Origin: Thermodesulfovibrionales bacterium
Lineage (GTDB): Bacteria; Nitrospirota; Thermodesulfovibrionia; Thermodesulfovibrionales; UBA6898
Length of the DNA: 41,879 nucleotides
Assembly: GCA_044450345.1 (NCBI GenBank)
Contig: JBIOIY010000022.1
Coordinates: 1-41,879, forward strand
Direction: 5' to 3'
This document shows positions 14,748-24,588 of this stretch, piece by piece. The notes beneath the pieces were generated by a model. That model did no database searches. It worked only from the letters and a program-made list of their open reading frames with translations, and was not told the origin of the DNA. The position numbers and the translations under genes were made by a program. Numbering within the stretch: position 1 is the stretch's first letter; each line of letters opens with the position of its first letter.

Positions 14748-15788
14748 ATGGACAGTGGAATAAATCGCAGGGAGTTTCTGAAGTATTCCGCAGCGGCGGG
14801 TATGATTATCGCGGCAGGAGGAATAATGGAAGGCGCAATGGCGCAGGCTGCCACGGGTGTAACGGAAGTGGATAAATTGACCATTTGGGTGTTGGCAGAC
14901 AACTATTATGACGCGAATGAACCTGAAGGCAAAATCACGAAGAGATACCGTCAATCGCTGGGGAAGTCGGCCCACGCGGAACACGGTCTTTCTTTTTATA
15001 TCGAGACTGTTACCAGTGGAAAAACAAGCGTCTGTATGTTCGATTACGGAATCAACCCGGTTGGGGTATTGAACAATATTGCTTTACTCGGGCTTGATAT
15101 TGGGAAGACAAATGCCTTCAGCCTTAGCCACGGCCATTACGATCACTATTCGAGTTTGCTTAGTATCCTCAAAGAGAATCAGTCGCGGATCGCCCCGGGA
15201 ACGCCATTTTATGTGGGCGAGGAGGCCTTTGCCCACAGATACGTCGTCCGCCCCGGAGCAACTGAACCTACAGACTATGGACAACTGAGGAAAGAAGATA
15301 TCGAGACGTTTGGCCTGAAGGTTGTGGAGGCTAAAACCTCAGTTGAAATTATTCCGGGTGCGCACCTTACGGGAAACATAGGTCTGGTTACCAGCTATGA
15401 GAAAATGCCGGCGAGTCTGCAAATAAAGCGTAGCGAAAAGCTTGAACAGGACGATATGAAGGGTGAGCAGGCTGTCTTCTTTAACGTAAAGGGAAAAGGC
15501 CTGGTGGTCCTTTCCGGGTGTGCGCATCGTGGAATCGTCAATACAGTCAAACAAGCGCAGAAAAGTGCGGGCATAGACAAGATCCATGCGATCATGGGAG
15601 GTTTCCATCTGATTACTGCGAAGCCTGAGGTTATTCAGAGTACAGTTGCTGATATCAAGGCCATGAAGCCGGATTATATCGTACCAACCCATTGTACCGG
15701 GTTCAGGACGATGGTGGCTTTCAGCAAGGAGATGCCCAACGAATTCATTCTGAATACTGCTGGGACCAGGTATACCTTTACAGCCTAG
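14748..15788 (+). CDS. Tat-exported metallo-beta-lactamase-fold protein (COG1237-like)
   Basis: NRREFLK signal; AEHGLS, SHGHYDH, GCAH.G, GGFHL, P.HCTG motifs; RBS TAAGGAGGT. Confidence 0.88.
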   Translation: MDSGINRREFLKYSAAAGMIIAAGGIMEGAMAQAATGVTEVDKLTIWVLADNYYDANEPEGKITKRYRQSLGKSAHAEHGLSFYIETVTSGKTSVCMFDYGINPVGVLNNIALLGLDIGKTNAFSLSHGHYDHYSSLLSILKENQSRIAPGTPFYVGEEAFAHRYVVRPGATEPTDYGQLRKEDIETFGLKVVEAKTSVEIIPGAHLTGNIGLVTSYEKMPASLQIKRSEKLEQDDMKGEQAVFFNVKGKGLVVLSGCAHRGIVNTVKQAQKSAGIDKIHAIMGGFHLITAKPEVIQSTVADIKAMKPDYIVPTHCTGFRTMVAFSKEMPNEFILNTAGTRYTFTA

Positions 15789-15814
15789 ACTTTTATTGAT
15801 AGGGACAACAACCC

Positions 15815-15843
15815 CAAGGGGAAATCACATCCGATTCCCCTTG
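15815..15843. terminator. Hairpin between convergent genes
   Basis: CAAGGGGAA/TTCCCCTTG 9-bp stem. Confidence 0.45.
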
Positions 15844-15967
15844 CGAAGGTTATCCTTGTAATCCGCATTTGTTTCAAGTCGGTTACACGGCGTTAAAGAT
15901 TAATCTCCAACGGAGTTCAGCGGCACGTGAAAATACATAGCGGGTAAATATGTCTAGAGTGCCGTGG

Positions 15968-16645
15968 TTACTTAAGAAGGATGTAGAGTGCGCCGAGACC
16001 GCCGTCGCACTGCCGTGCCGTAACAAAGGCGACGACATATTTCCGGTATTTGCCCGAGAGGCGTTTGACAAGCGTTTCTTTCAGGACAGGCCCGCGCGGC
16101 GACCGAAGTCCTCTACCATGGATAATCTTTACGCATTGGTATCTTTTTTTCAGGGCCTCTCTGAAGAAGGATTCGACTTCCTCTTCGGACTCCTCTACTG
16201 AAAGACCGTGAAGGTCGAGGTAGTCCCTGACCGAGAAGCGACCTTCATGAAGGAGTCTCGTGATATCGCCACTGAAGTCCTCATTTACCCATTCCACATA
16301 TTCCTGCGTGTCTGCGAGATTGACCGCCCTCTTGCCGGCAACGATTTCCTTGAGCGCGGTGAGTGCTTCGTTCTCCTGGTTGCCTTTCCTGCAGGGAACC
16401 GCCGCCTTCTTCACATCCGCCCGTAGTGACCTGAATTCCCTGATCTCCTTCACTCCGGACATCTCCCTGGCAAACAGTTCTTCGTCAGTTAGGGCATCTT
16501 CTTTCTTGAGGAAGGCGGGTTTCCGGATTGCGGGTTTTGCAACGACTTCAATCCCCAGGCCCTCGATCATCTTTTTCAGGCCCTCGAACGGATGGAATGA
16601 AAATGTCTCGGGTGTATTTCTTTTTGCGCCCACGTTCATACCCAT
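15968..16645 (-). CDS. Smr/MutS2 C-terminal domain protein
   Basis: LDLHGL, IIHGRG..S, VLK, DGG.GALY motifs. Confidence 0.9.
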   Translation of the reverse strand: MGMNVGAKRNTPETFSFHPFEGLKKMIEGLGIEVVAKPAIRKPAFLKKEDALTDEELFAREMSGVKEIREFRSLRADVKKAAVPCRKGNQENEALTALKEIVAGKRAVNLADTQEYVEWVNEDFSGDITRLLHEGRFSVRDYLDLHGLSVEESEEEVESFFREALKKRYQCVKIIHGRGLRSPRGPVLKETLVKRLSGKYRKYVVAFVTARQCDGGLGALYILLK

Positions 16646-16665
16646 GGGTTATTATAACAAAAGTA

Positions 16666-17478
16666 TTATCCTGAGCACTCTCCTTTTGGTAGTGGGTCAG
16701 CCGACCAACTACATCCTTTTTCCCCGGCGCTGCAGAGTATGACCTCGGTGCTCAATGTACCGTCGGCATGAAGATTTACCGCGACCGCGTGATGGATTTT
16801 CTGTTCAGGAATCTTCAGCTCATTGATCATGGCTGCGCCGCCGCCGGCGCTGATCGTGACGGGGTAGCCGTCCAGGCGATAATCGTGAAATCCATGAATG
16901 TGCGCACAAAAGATGTGTCTGACCTTTTCCCTGTGCCGATCAAGCACTTTTTTGATCTTTTCCCACTCTTCGGGCAGAAGGTGGCTCCGGTCGATGTCAG
17001 TGGGAGGAGGCGCATGCATAAAAAGGATGAAGTTCTTTTCCGTATATCTGTTCAGTGTTGTTTCGAAGAAAGTAATGTCCCGGTCCGAAAAATATCCCGT
17101 GGCGTTAGAAAGAAAGACACATACAAATGTGTCCAGCAGCAAGGCGTAAGACGACGAGCCAAGGAACTTCTCGTAGCCCGGCAGATCATGGTTCCCGCAT
17201 AAGGCGAAGATAGGTACTTTTATGCGGCGGTTGCAGAAATCTATGATCTCATGAAATTCCTCGTCTGACCCGGTAAAGGCGAGGTCACCGAGGAAAAAGA
17301 ATAAATCGGTCTCATGCTTCAGGATCTGTGCGAGTATCTTCTTGCTGTCTTCATAGAATCCCGTGCAGCCAATATCGCCCGTTACGATCACCCTCCTGAT
17401 TCCGGACAACCTGATCTCCTCCCGGTCGATATACTGGAGGCCCGGCCTTATGTTATTGAAGGGGGCTATAGGGTCCAC
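16666..17478 (-). CDS. Calcineurin-like metallophosphoesterase
   Basis: GDIG, LGDL, GNHD, MH.PP, AHIH, SAGGG motifs. Confidence 0.85.
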   Translation of the reverse strand: MDPIAPFNNIRPGLQYIDREEIRLSGIRRVIVTGDIGCTGFYEDSKKILAQILKHETDLFFFLGDLAFTGSDEEFHEIIDFCNRRIKVPIFALCGNHDLPGYEKFLGSSSYALLLDTFVCVFLSNATGYFSDRDITFFETTLNRYTEKNFILFMHAPPPTDIDRSHLLPEEWEKIKKVLDRHREKVRHIFCAHIHGFHDYRLDGYPVTISAGGGAAMINELKIPEQKIHHAVAVNLHADGTLSTEVILCSAGEKGCSWSADPLPKGECSG

Positions 17479-17775
17479 GAGAGTCCTTCAGCCGCGGTCC
17501 CATCCAAAGAAAGGAGACCGGGGTCGCCCTTTGCAATCTGCAAAAAAATCTCGCCACAAGCTTTTTTCGAACTTTTCATGGATGTTCAAATTATACCAAA
17601 TTCCGACCTCCGGGGAGAGATGATTGTGGTTCAGCAAAAATCCTACAAAATTTTCGGACAAATACCGATATATTCCTTTCCCGTCACGTGTTAATCAATA
17701 AAGAAGGATGCGATCACCATTTTTCCATTGCGGAACAGAAAGAATGGGTGTTAAATGAGATAGGAGAGACACTTC

Positions 17776-18945
17776 GTGAGTACCAGGACTTTACTCCAAA
17801 ATAGGCAATCGGAAAGAGAAGAAGCATCCTCGGATAAGTCTAAAGCCGCTATAAAGGAGATCCTTTCTCAGGCCGGTATCACCGTCGGCGGAGACATGCC
17901 GTGGGACATCCAGGTTGCGGACAAGCGGTTTTACCATCGGGTCCTGAGGGAAGGAAGCCTGGGGCTTGGGGAGTCTTATATGGACGGATGGTGGGACTGC
18001 GAGGAGCTCGACACCTTTCTTGCGAAGCTCCTGCCGATAAACCCGGAAGAAAAGATCAAAGCGGATTGGCGTCTCCTCCTCCATGCCATCGGGGAGGTAA
18101 TATTCAATCACGGAAGGAAATCGCGGGCGTTTCATGTAGGAGAAGGGCATTACGACAAGGGGAATGAACTCTTCAGGAATATGCTCGACAAAAGGATGGT
18201 TTACAGCTGTGCCTACTGGAAGGACGCGAAGGACCTTGATTCTGCACAGGAAGCCAAGCTGGAACTTATCTGCAGGAAACTCGGCCTCAAACCGGGCGAC
18301 AGGGTCCTTGATATAGGGTGTGGATGGGGGAGCTTCGCAAGATATGCGGCGGAGAACTACGGGACAGAGGTAGTCGGCATTACCGTCTCGAAGGAACAAC
18401 TCTCGCTCGCGAAGGAACTCTGCCGCGGGCTGCCTGTGGAACTCAGGCTGCAGGATTACAGGGACATAGATGAACGGTTCGACCACGTCGTTTCGGTAGG
18501 TATGTTCGAACATGTAGGGCGGAAGAACTATCGGACCTATATGGAGAAGGTCCGTCAGTGCCTGAAGGATGACGGGCTGTTTTTGTTGCACTGTATAGGG
18601 AGCAAAGTATCTTTCATGGCGGGTGATCCCTGGCTGGGAAAGTATATATTCCCGAATTCGCTTATCCCATCCATGAAACAGATCAGCATATCCCTCGAAG
18701 GACTGTTCACTGTCGAAAATGTGCAGAACTTCGGTTTTTATTATGATGCGACGCTGACCTCATGGTTCAGAAACTTCCATAACAACTGGGACAATATAAA
18801 AGATCTGTATGACGGGAGGTTTTACCGGATGTGGAAGTATTATCTTCTGAGCAGCGCCGGGGCCTTCCGGTGCCGCAGCCTTCAGGTCTGGCAGTTCGTC
18901 CTCTCCCCGAGCGGGGTCAAGGGCGGCTATAAGACGATCTGCTAG
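17776..18945 (+). CDS. cfa: Cyclopropane fatty acyl phospholipid synthase
   Basis: GSLGLGESYMDGWW, HYD.GN, YSCAYW, LDIGCGWG, SVGMFEHVG, KYIFP, RMW.YYL. Confidence 0.95.
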   Translation: MSTRTLLQNRQSEREEASSDKSKAAIKEILSQAGITVGGDMPWDIQVADKRFYHRVLREGSLGLGESYMDGWWDCEELDTFLAKLLPINPEEKIKADWRLLLHAIGEVIFNHGRKSRAFHVGEGHYDKGNELFRNMLDKRMVYSCAYWKDAKDLDSAQEAKLELICRKLGLKPGDRVLDIGCGWGSFARYAAENYGTEVVGITVSKEQLSLAKELCRGLPVELRLQDYRDIDERFDHVVSVGMFEHVGRKNYRTYMEKVRQCLKDDGLFLLHCIGSKVSFMAGDPWLGKYIFPNSLIPSMKQISISLEGLFTVENVQNFGFYYDATLTSWFRNFHNNWDNIKDLYDGRFYRMWKYYLLSSAGAFRCRSLQVWQFVLSPSGVKGGYKTIC

Positions 18946-19014
18946 AGTTCCTATCTCTCTTGAGAACTAGAGAAAGCACGGGCGATTCACCAAAAAATAT
19001 CAATTTAGATATCT

Positions 19015-20469
19015 CTACAGCCTCATCCTCACCCTGTAGGTTAGTTTCGTCTCCTTGTCCTTCGGTACGGGGATGCTGAACTCGGCGGTGAATGCCTCTG
19101 TCTTTTTGTATTCATGCGAGGAACTGAGTATGGTCCAGTCCCCCGGAATGGGCTCTACGACTCTCACTACCACGTCTTCCTTCTTATGGTTCCTCATCGA
19201 GATTTCGTAGGCGGCCTCGTACGTGTCGTAGGCGATCTTCTTCCAGTCTGTCTGTTTCCTGGTACCGACCACATCGAAGGCATCTCCGAGTTTGATCCTG
19301 ATCTTTTCGTCTTTTGGGGTATGATCGATCGAGTCCTCCCCGATGAACTGCAGGCTTCCCTCGGTATCGTTCTTATAGACGCGGACCGTGCCCTTTGGAA
19401 GCGGGATACCGAGATTGTTTTCTTTTTTGTTTTGGACCTCTACATAGACACCGATCTTCTGGTTCGTCATCGCCTCGCCGTAGTGGCTGTAATAATAGTA
19501 TTTGGCGCCATAAAAAAGCAGTTCCTTTTTTACGGGAACATCTCCGGCGCGTACGAGGCCGATCTGTTTCGTCTGGTTGTCCTTGATCGTGGAAGGTCTC
19601 TGCAATGTATAGATATGGTACTCAAAAAATGATTCTTCTTTAAACTGAGGAGCTGCCGGGCGGGCCATCGCGCCTGCAAGACGTTCCGTCTTTGCCTTAT
19701 ATTCAAATTCATCCTTGACCCTGTTTACGTCACCGGCCACGAGTTTGATCTTCGCGTCTTTGTATGTCGCTCCGCTTTTGTTGTCGATCGTGACCCATCC
19801 GTTTAGGTCGGCATGGTCGTCTTTTTCGTTCATGGTGAGGACATAGTCGGCCCGCCAGTTTATGTTGTTCGTAAGATACGACGCCTCGACCGCCTGTGCC
19901 GAGGTGAGACGGTTTTTGAGAAGCCAAAGGAGGGTCGGCTTCGAAATAAGGTTTTCCGGGACGCCCGGGAAGATGATCCTGCCGGGATGGCCGAAGGTGA
20001 TATCGCCGTCTATCCTGAATATCGGGCCGCCGTTGTTGGAGAGGAGAGTCGCGGTGACAATCTCTTCCCTTTCGGTGTACGGATTTTTCTGATAGAGTTT
20101 TACCTCCTTTCCCACGTACTTGTCGAGGAGTTTCTGAGGGTTCAGGAGATCGTACTCGTAGTTTTGCTCGAGTACATCCAGGCTGCCGGGGTCCGTGAGC
20201 GACTTTATGTACACACTCGTCGGGATTATTTGCGATGCGACGTCCATAAATCTTATCTCACTCTTTCCTGTGGGGATGGCGATCTTCCTCTGGTCTTTGA
20301 CGAGTCCGAGGTTTACGTTATAGATCGTAACCGCAACAGCGGTCTGGTCCTCTAACCCGGATGAAAGACCGGCGCCTTTGTCCCTGCTCTCCGGGTATGC
20401 GGTAGCAGAGAAAAAAATTACGAGAAAAAGAACGGCTGTCATCCCTGGATAGAGATATTTTGCTTTCAT
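19015..20469 (-). CDS. Exported DUF4139-family protein
   Basis: Signal peptide; VTIYN..LGLV.D.R, LEQNYEYDL, SKPTL.W, W.ADY, KLVAGDV, LG.PLP.G. Start set at the ATG following GGAGG. Confidence 0.8.
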   Translation of the reverse strand: MKAKYLYPGMTAVLFLVIFFSATAYPESRDKGAGLSSGLEDQTAVAVTIYNVNLGLVKDQRKIAIPTGKSEIRFMDVASQIIPTSVYIKSLTDPGSLDVLEQNYEYDLLNPQKLLDKYVGKEVKLYQKNPYTEREEIVTATLLSNNGGPIFRIDGDITFGHPGRIIFPGVPENLISKPTLLWLLKNRLTSAQAVEASYLTNNINWRADYVLTMNEKDDHADLNGWVTIDNKSGATYKDAKIKLVAGDVNRVKDEFEYKAKTERLAGAMARPAAPQFKEESFFEYHIYTLQRPSTIKDNQTKQIGLVRAGDVPVKKELLFYGAKYYYYSHYGEAMTNQKIGVYVEVQNKKENNLGIPLPKGTVRVYKNDTEGSLQFIGEDSIDHTPKDEKIRIKLGDAFDVVGTRKQTDWKKIAYDTYEAAYEISMRNHKKEDVVVRVVEPIPGDWTILSSSHEYKKTEAFTAEFSIPVPKDKETKLTYRVRMRL

Positions 20470-20569
20470 TTTTTTTCCTCCCGTGATCTGTCCTTCCCGT
20501 TCCGCCAACGCTGAAATTAGTTTATCGCAGCCAGGCACGAAAGGATACTAAAAAATTGGGGGAGGAGAC

Positions 20570-20598
20570 TTGACAACAAAGCCCCCGTCGTATAAATT
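20570..20598 (+). promoter_or_regulatory. Putative sigma70 promoter
   Basis: TTGACA-17 nt-TAAATT upstream of the OsmC-family gene. Confidence 0.5.
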
Positions 20599-20625
20599 AA
20601 CCCAAAAACCGAAGGAGGAGGGCGA

Positions 20626-21045
20626 ATGGCCAAGGCGAAGATAAGATATAACGGAGGACTCCAGTTCGTTGGAGAGGCCGATTCTAGACATGCCGTTGTC
20701 ATGGACGGGGAAGAGAAGTTCGGCGGCAGGGATTCAGGCCCCAGGCCGATGGAACTCCTGCTTATGGGTATCGGAGGATGCTCCGGCATGGACATCGTTT
20801 CGATATTGAAGAAAAAGAGGGAGCATGTTACCGGCCTTGAGATCAATGTGGACGGTAAAATGGCCGAGGATTATCCCCATAAATATACGCAGATCGATAT
20901 CGAATATATCGTCACGGGAAAGAATTTGTCCGACGAGGCGGTGAAGAGGGCGGTGCAGCTCTCGATGGACAAGTACTGCTCGGTCAAGGCGACACTAGAG
21001 GGCTCGGCGAAAATAACCTTTTCGTACAAGATAGTCGAAGAGTAG
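20626..21045 (+). CDS. OsmC/YhfA family protein
   Basis: GPRPMELLL...GGCSG.D and KYCSV motifs; strong RBS. Confidence 0.92.
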   Translation: MAKAKIRYNGGLQFVGEADSRHAVVMDGEEKFGGRDSGPRPMELLLMGIGGCSGMDIVSILKKKREHVTGLEINVDGKMAEDYPHKYTQIDIEYIVTGKNLSDEAVKRAVQLSMDKYCSVKATLEGSAKITFSYKIVEE

Positions 21046-21065
21046 GGGCGTGATTAATCACGCCC
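21042..21065 (+). repeat. GTAG-type REP-like palindrome
   Basis: GTAG followed by the perfect palindrome GGGCGTGATTAATCACGCCC. Confidence 0.65.
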
Positions 21066-21075
21066 TTCGCGAAGC

Positions 21076-21270
21076 TAACCCACTTTATTCATAAACTGCG
21101 GAGAGATAAGACTGAGTATGGTATTTGAGCTCATTCTCGCTTCGCTCCGAGGCTTTTGCCTCTTGATCTGTATCCATACTGTCGGAATATCGGCAAAAAA
21201 AACCGCTCAAATACCATACCCAGCCTTATTCTGTTTCCATTTGTCTGAAATTCGTGAATAAAGTGGGCTA
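21076..21270. mobile_element. MITE-like element with nested inverted repeats
   Basis: Terminal arms 21076-21091 and 21255-21270 match at 15/16, with TA at each end. Inner arms 21106-21130 and 21205-21229 match at 23/25. No ORF. Confidence 0.6.
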
Positions 21271-21329
21271 AATGAGCTCTCAGTCGGAACATGCATGAGG
21301 ACATGCATAGCTGTTGATGGTGAATTGGG

Positions 21330-24300
21330 TCATTCCGCCGCAGTCTGTTCTTTATGATGCTCTGCAGCGATGAGCATATAAATCGCAGGCACCACGAAGA
21401 GGGTGAAGAGGGTGCCGACGAACATGCCGCCCACCAGCACGAGGCCGATTGAGTTACGGGCAGCGGCGCCGGCTCCGGTAACGAGGGTCAGGGGAAAGTG
21501 ACCGGCAATGGTGGCAGCGCTTGTCATCAGGATCGGCCGCAGTCGGGTCATGGCCGCTTCGCGTACGGCCTCCAGCTTTGGGTGGCCCTGCAGCTGCAGC
21601 CGGTTTGCGAATTCCACGATCAGGATTCCGTTCTTGGACACCAACCCCACGAGGGTGACCAGTCCGACCTGGGAGTATATGTTGAGTGTGGTGGTCCAGC
21701 CGCGCGTCCAGAAGGGGACATTGGGATCGGGCATCTTCAGGAAGGTGAAGAGCAGCGCTCCGAACATGGCCAGCGGCACCGAACCCGCCAGGATGACGAA
21801 GGGGTCGCGGAAGCTGTTGAACTGGGCCGCCAGCACCAAAAATATCAGGACGACGGCCAGGCCAAACGCAGGGAGAAACTTGTTTCCCTCGGTACGAAGC
21901 TGGCGCGACTCTCCGGTATAGTCGAGGACATACCCCTTGGGCAGGATCTTTGATGCCTCGTCCTCAAGAAAGCGCAGGGCCTCGTCCAATGGCCGTACCG
22001 CTACGCCGCTGATCTTGACTGCGTTGAGCTGCTGGAAGCGGTTGAGTGAACGGGGCACGACAGAATCGCGCAGGGTGGCGATAGTGCTCAGCGGGATCAG
22101 CTTGCCGTTTGGACCGGTGACATAGATATTCTGAAGTTGCTCCGGGTTAAGACGGCCGACCCGCTCGATCTGGGGAATGACCTTGTAGCTGCGACCGGAG
22201 ATGTCGAAGCGGTTCACAAAGTCCCCACCTACCATGCCTCCCAAGTCGCTACCAATCTGCCCGAGGTTGAGTCCCAGGTCTGCGACCTTGTCACGGTCTA
22301 TGAGAAATTCCGACTGGGGTTGGTCGATCTTGACATCGATCTGAGGCGGGAAGGCGAACATGCCGCTTTGTATGGCCTTCATCTGCAGCTGGTGCGCGAA
22401 ATCGAGGATCTGTCCGGTCTCGGCGGTCGATGCCAATATGAATTCAACAGGAAACTGCCCGCCGCCGGGCAGCGCCGGCGGTGTCACAGGGAATATCTGG
22501 ATGCCGGGGATCTTCTGCAACTTCTGCTGGACCTCGGGCAGGATCCGGAAGATGTTTCGTTTGCGCTCGTCCCAGGGCTTGACCACCATGCCTCCGAAGC
22601 CCGAATTGGGGAAGGTGATCTGAAAGGTGAAGTCGGTCTCCGGCACACTCATAAAAGCCCGGTTCACCGCCGCTGCGTAACGGGTGTTTTGATCGAGGGT
22701 GGAGTTGGCCGAGGCATCGAGGATGCCGAATATCACGCCCTGGTCCTCGGTAGGCGCCAGTTCCTTGGCGGACATCATAAACATCGGCACGGTCAGCAGG
22801 GTGATAATGATCCAGACCGTATAGACCGCGGGCCGGACATTCAGGGTGGCACTGAGCAATCTGCCGTACGCGTCCCTCAGGCGCGTGAAGTCCCGGGAGA
22901 TGCGGCCGGCCAGGCCGTGCTCCCCGGCGCCCGGTTTAAGCAGTGTGGCCGACATGACTGGAGAAAGGGTAAGGGCCACGATTCCCGAGATGGTGACGGC
23001 GCCTGCGAGGGTGAAGGCGAACTCCTTAAACAGAGAGCCTGTCAATCCCCCCTGCAGACCTATTGGGAGATAGACCGCCGCAAGGGTGATGGTCATGGCG
23101 ATGATCGGTCCGACCAGTTCGCGGGCGCCAAGCAGGGCCGCCTCAAAAGCCGATTTCCCGGTCCGCAGATGGCGCTCGACATTCTCGACAACAACGATGG
23201 CATCGTCGACAACCAGTCCGACCGAGAGGACGACGGCGAGAAGGGTGAGCAGGTTGACCGTAAAGCCGAAGGCCTGCATCAGGAAGACCGCACCGATAAG
23301 TGAGACCGGGATGGCGACTACCGGGATGAAGACCGACCGGAAGGAACCGAGGAAGAGGAATATGACGACGACCACGATCATCAGCGTGTCCCCGAGGGTC
23401 TTGAGCACCTCGTGGATGGCGTTGATAATATAGTTGGTGGCGTCGTAGGCGACACGTGATTGCAGGCCGCTTGGCAGGTCTCGTTGAATGGACGCCATCT
23501 CGGTCCGGACCCGTTTGATGACGTCAACGGAATTGGCGTTGGGAAGCGGCCAGATCCCCATAAAAACGGCCGTCTGCCCCGAGAAGTGGACCTCGGAGTC
23601 GTAGTCCTCGGCCCCGAGGACTACGTCGGCTATGTCGGCAAGACGCACGATGGCGCCGTTTTGGTCACGCACTGCAAGCTGTCTGAACTCCCCGACCGTC
23701 TTTAGGTTTGTATTGGCGGTCAGGTTGACCTGGATGTAGGCGCCTTTGCTCTGGCCGAGGGCGGCAAGGAAGTTATTGGCAGCCAGGGCCTGGCGCACCT
23801 GGACCGGGCTGATGTTGAGGGCGGCCATCCGCTGGGGTTTGAGCCATATGCGCATGGCAAAGGTGCGGGCGCCGAGGATGTCGGCCCGCTGCACCCCTTC
23901 GATGGCAGCTAGGCGCGGCTGGACAATGCGCACCAGGTACTCGGTGATCTCATTCTGTTTCAGTATGTCGGAGGTGAAACTGAGGTATGCCGAGGCGAAC
24001 TGGCTGTCGGCCGACTCGATGTTGATAGCAGGTACCTCGGCCTCGGGCGGGAGGTCCCGGCGGACCTGGTCGACCTTTGAGCTGATCTCGGCAAGCGCCT
24101 TGGTAGAGTCGTAGTTTATTTTGAGGCGCACTTTGATGGTCGAGAGCCCGAGCGTGCTCTGCGACTCCATATATTCGATGCCGTCGGCGGCTGCGATGGT
24201 CCGCTCAAGAGGGGTGGTGACGAAACCGCGTACCAGTTCGGCGCTGGCTCCGACATAGACGGTGGTAACCGTTACCGCCGCATTCTCACTGCGGGGATAC

Positions 24301-24407
24301 TGCCGCACGTTGAGGGTGCGGATGGCCTGCAGGCCGGCGATGAGGATAAGCAGGTTAACTACAAGGGCCAACACAGGCCGGCGTATGAAGAGATCGGTGA
24401 TTTTCAT
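21330..24407 (-). CDS. RND efflux permease (AcrB family, MexW/MexI-like)
   Basis: FIRRPV, GLVVDDAIVVVENV, SKNGILIVEFAN, RLRPILMT; 1025 aa. Confidence 0.95.
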   Translation of the reverse strand: MKITDLFIRRPVLALVVNLLILIAGLQAIRTLNVRQYPRSENAAVTVTTVYVGASAELVRGFVTTPLERTIAAADGIEYMESQSTLGLSTIKVRLKINYDSTKALAEISSKVDQVRRDLPPEAEVPAINIESADSQFASAYLSFTSDILKQNEITEYLVRIVQPRLAAIEGVQRADILGARTFAMRIWLKPQRMAALNISPVQVRQALAANNFLAALGQSKGAYIQVNLTANTNLKTVGEFRQLAVRDQNGAIVRLADIADVVLGAEDYDSEVHFSGQTAVFMGIWPLPNANSVDVIKRVRTEMASIQRDLPSGLQSRVAYDATNYIINAIHEVLKTLGDTLMIVVVVIFLFLGSFRSVFIPVVAIPVSLIGAVFLMQAFGFTVNLLTLLAVVLSVGLVVDDAIVVVENVERHLRTGKSAFEAALLGARELVGPIIAMTITLAAVYLPIGLQGGLTGSLFKEFAFTLAGAVTISGIVALTLSPVMSATLLKPGAGEHGLAGRISRDFTRLRDAYGRLLSATLNVRPAVYTVWIIITLLTVPMFMMSAKELAPTEDQGVIFGILDASANSTLDQNTRYAAAVNRAFMSVPETDFTFQITFPNSGFGGMVVKPWDERKRNIFRILPEVQQKLQKIPGIQIFPVTPPALPGGGQFPVEFILASTAETGQILDFAHQLQMKAIQSGMFAFPPQIDVKIDQPQSEFLIDRDKVADLGLNLGQIGSDLGGMVGGDFVNRFDISGRSYKVIPQIERVGRLNPEQLQNIYVTGPNGKLIPLSTIATLRDSVVPRSLNRFQQLNAVKISGVAVRPLDEALRFLEDEASKILPKGYVLDYTGESRQLRTEGNKFLPAFGLAVVLIFLVLAAQFNSFRDPFVILAGSVPLAMFGALLFTFLKMPDPNVPFWTRGWTTTLNIYSQVGLVTLVGLVSKNGILIVEFANRLQLQGHPKLEAVREAAMTRLRPILMTSAATIAGHFPLTLVTGAGAAARNSIGLVLVGGMFVGTLFTLFVVPAIYMLIAAEHHKEQTAAE

Positions 24408-24420
24408 GAGACGAGCATGC

Positions 24421-24580
24421 CAACCCCTCCCCGCCTTCCCTTCTCAGGGGAGGGACAAGAGAGTCCCAGCCTCCCCCTGTCAGACGGAGAACAAAAGAGT
24501 CCCGGCCTCCCCTCCTCAGCTGAGAAGCACGAAATTTTTCCCCCCCTGAAAAGGGGGGACTGAGGGGGGTTGGGGTTGGT
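24421..24580. repeat. C/G-run palindromic repeat cluster with about three degenerate 36-bp units
   Basis: Ends CCCCTCCCCGCCTTCCC...GGGGAGGGA and TCCCCCCCTGAAAAGGGGGGACTGAGGGGGG; ACAA(G/A)AGAGTCCC(A/G)GCCTCCCC recurs at 36-bp spacing. Confidence 0.65.
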
Positions 24581-24588
24581 TTCTTGTT

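Noticed and set aside
2944..15900. Calling the accessory block a defined mobile element
   Set aside because: No integrase, transposase, tRNA or flanking direct repeats were found. Only gene content and AT-richer spacers hint at acquisition.
24421..24580. CRISPR-like or coding origin for the 36-bp periodic units
   Set aside because: The units are degenerate, contiguous and only about three in number. They fit a palindromic repeat cluster, and the 62-aa translation has no recognisable domain.
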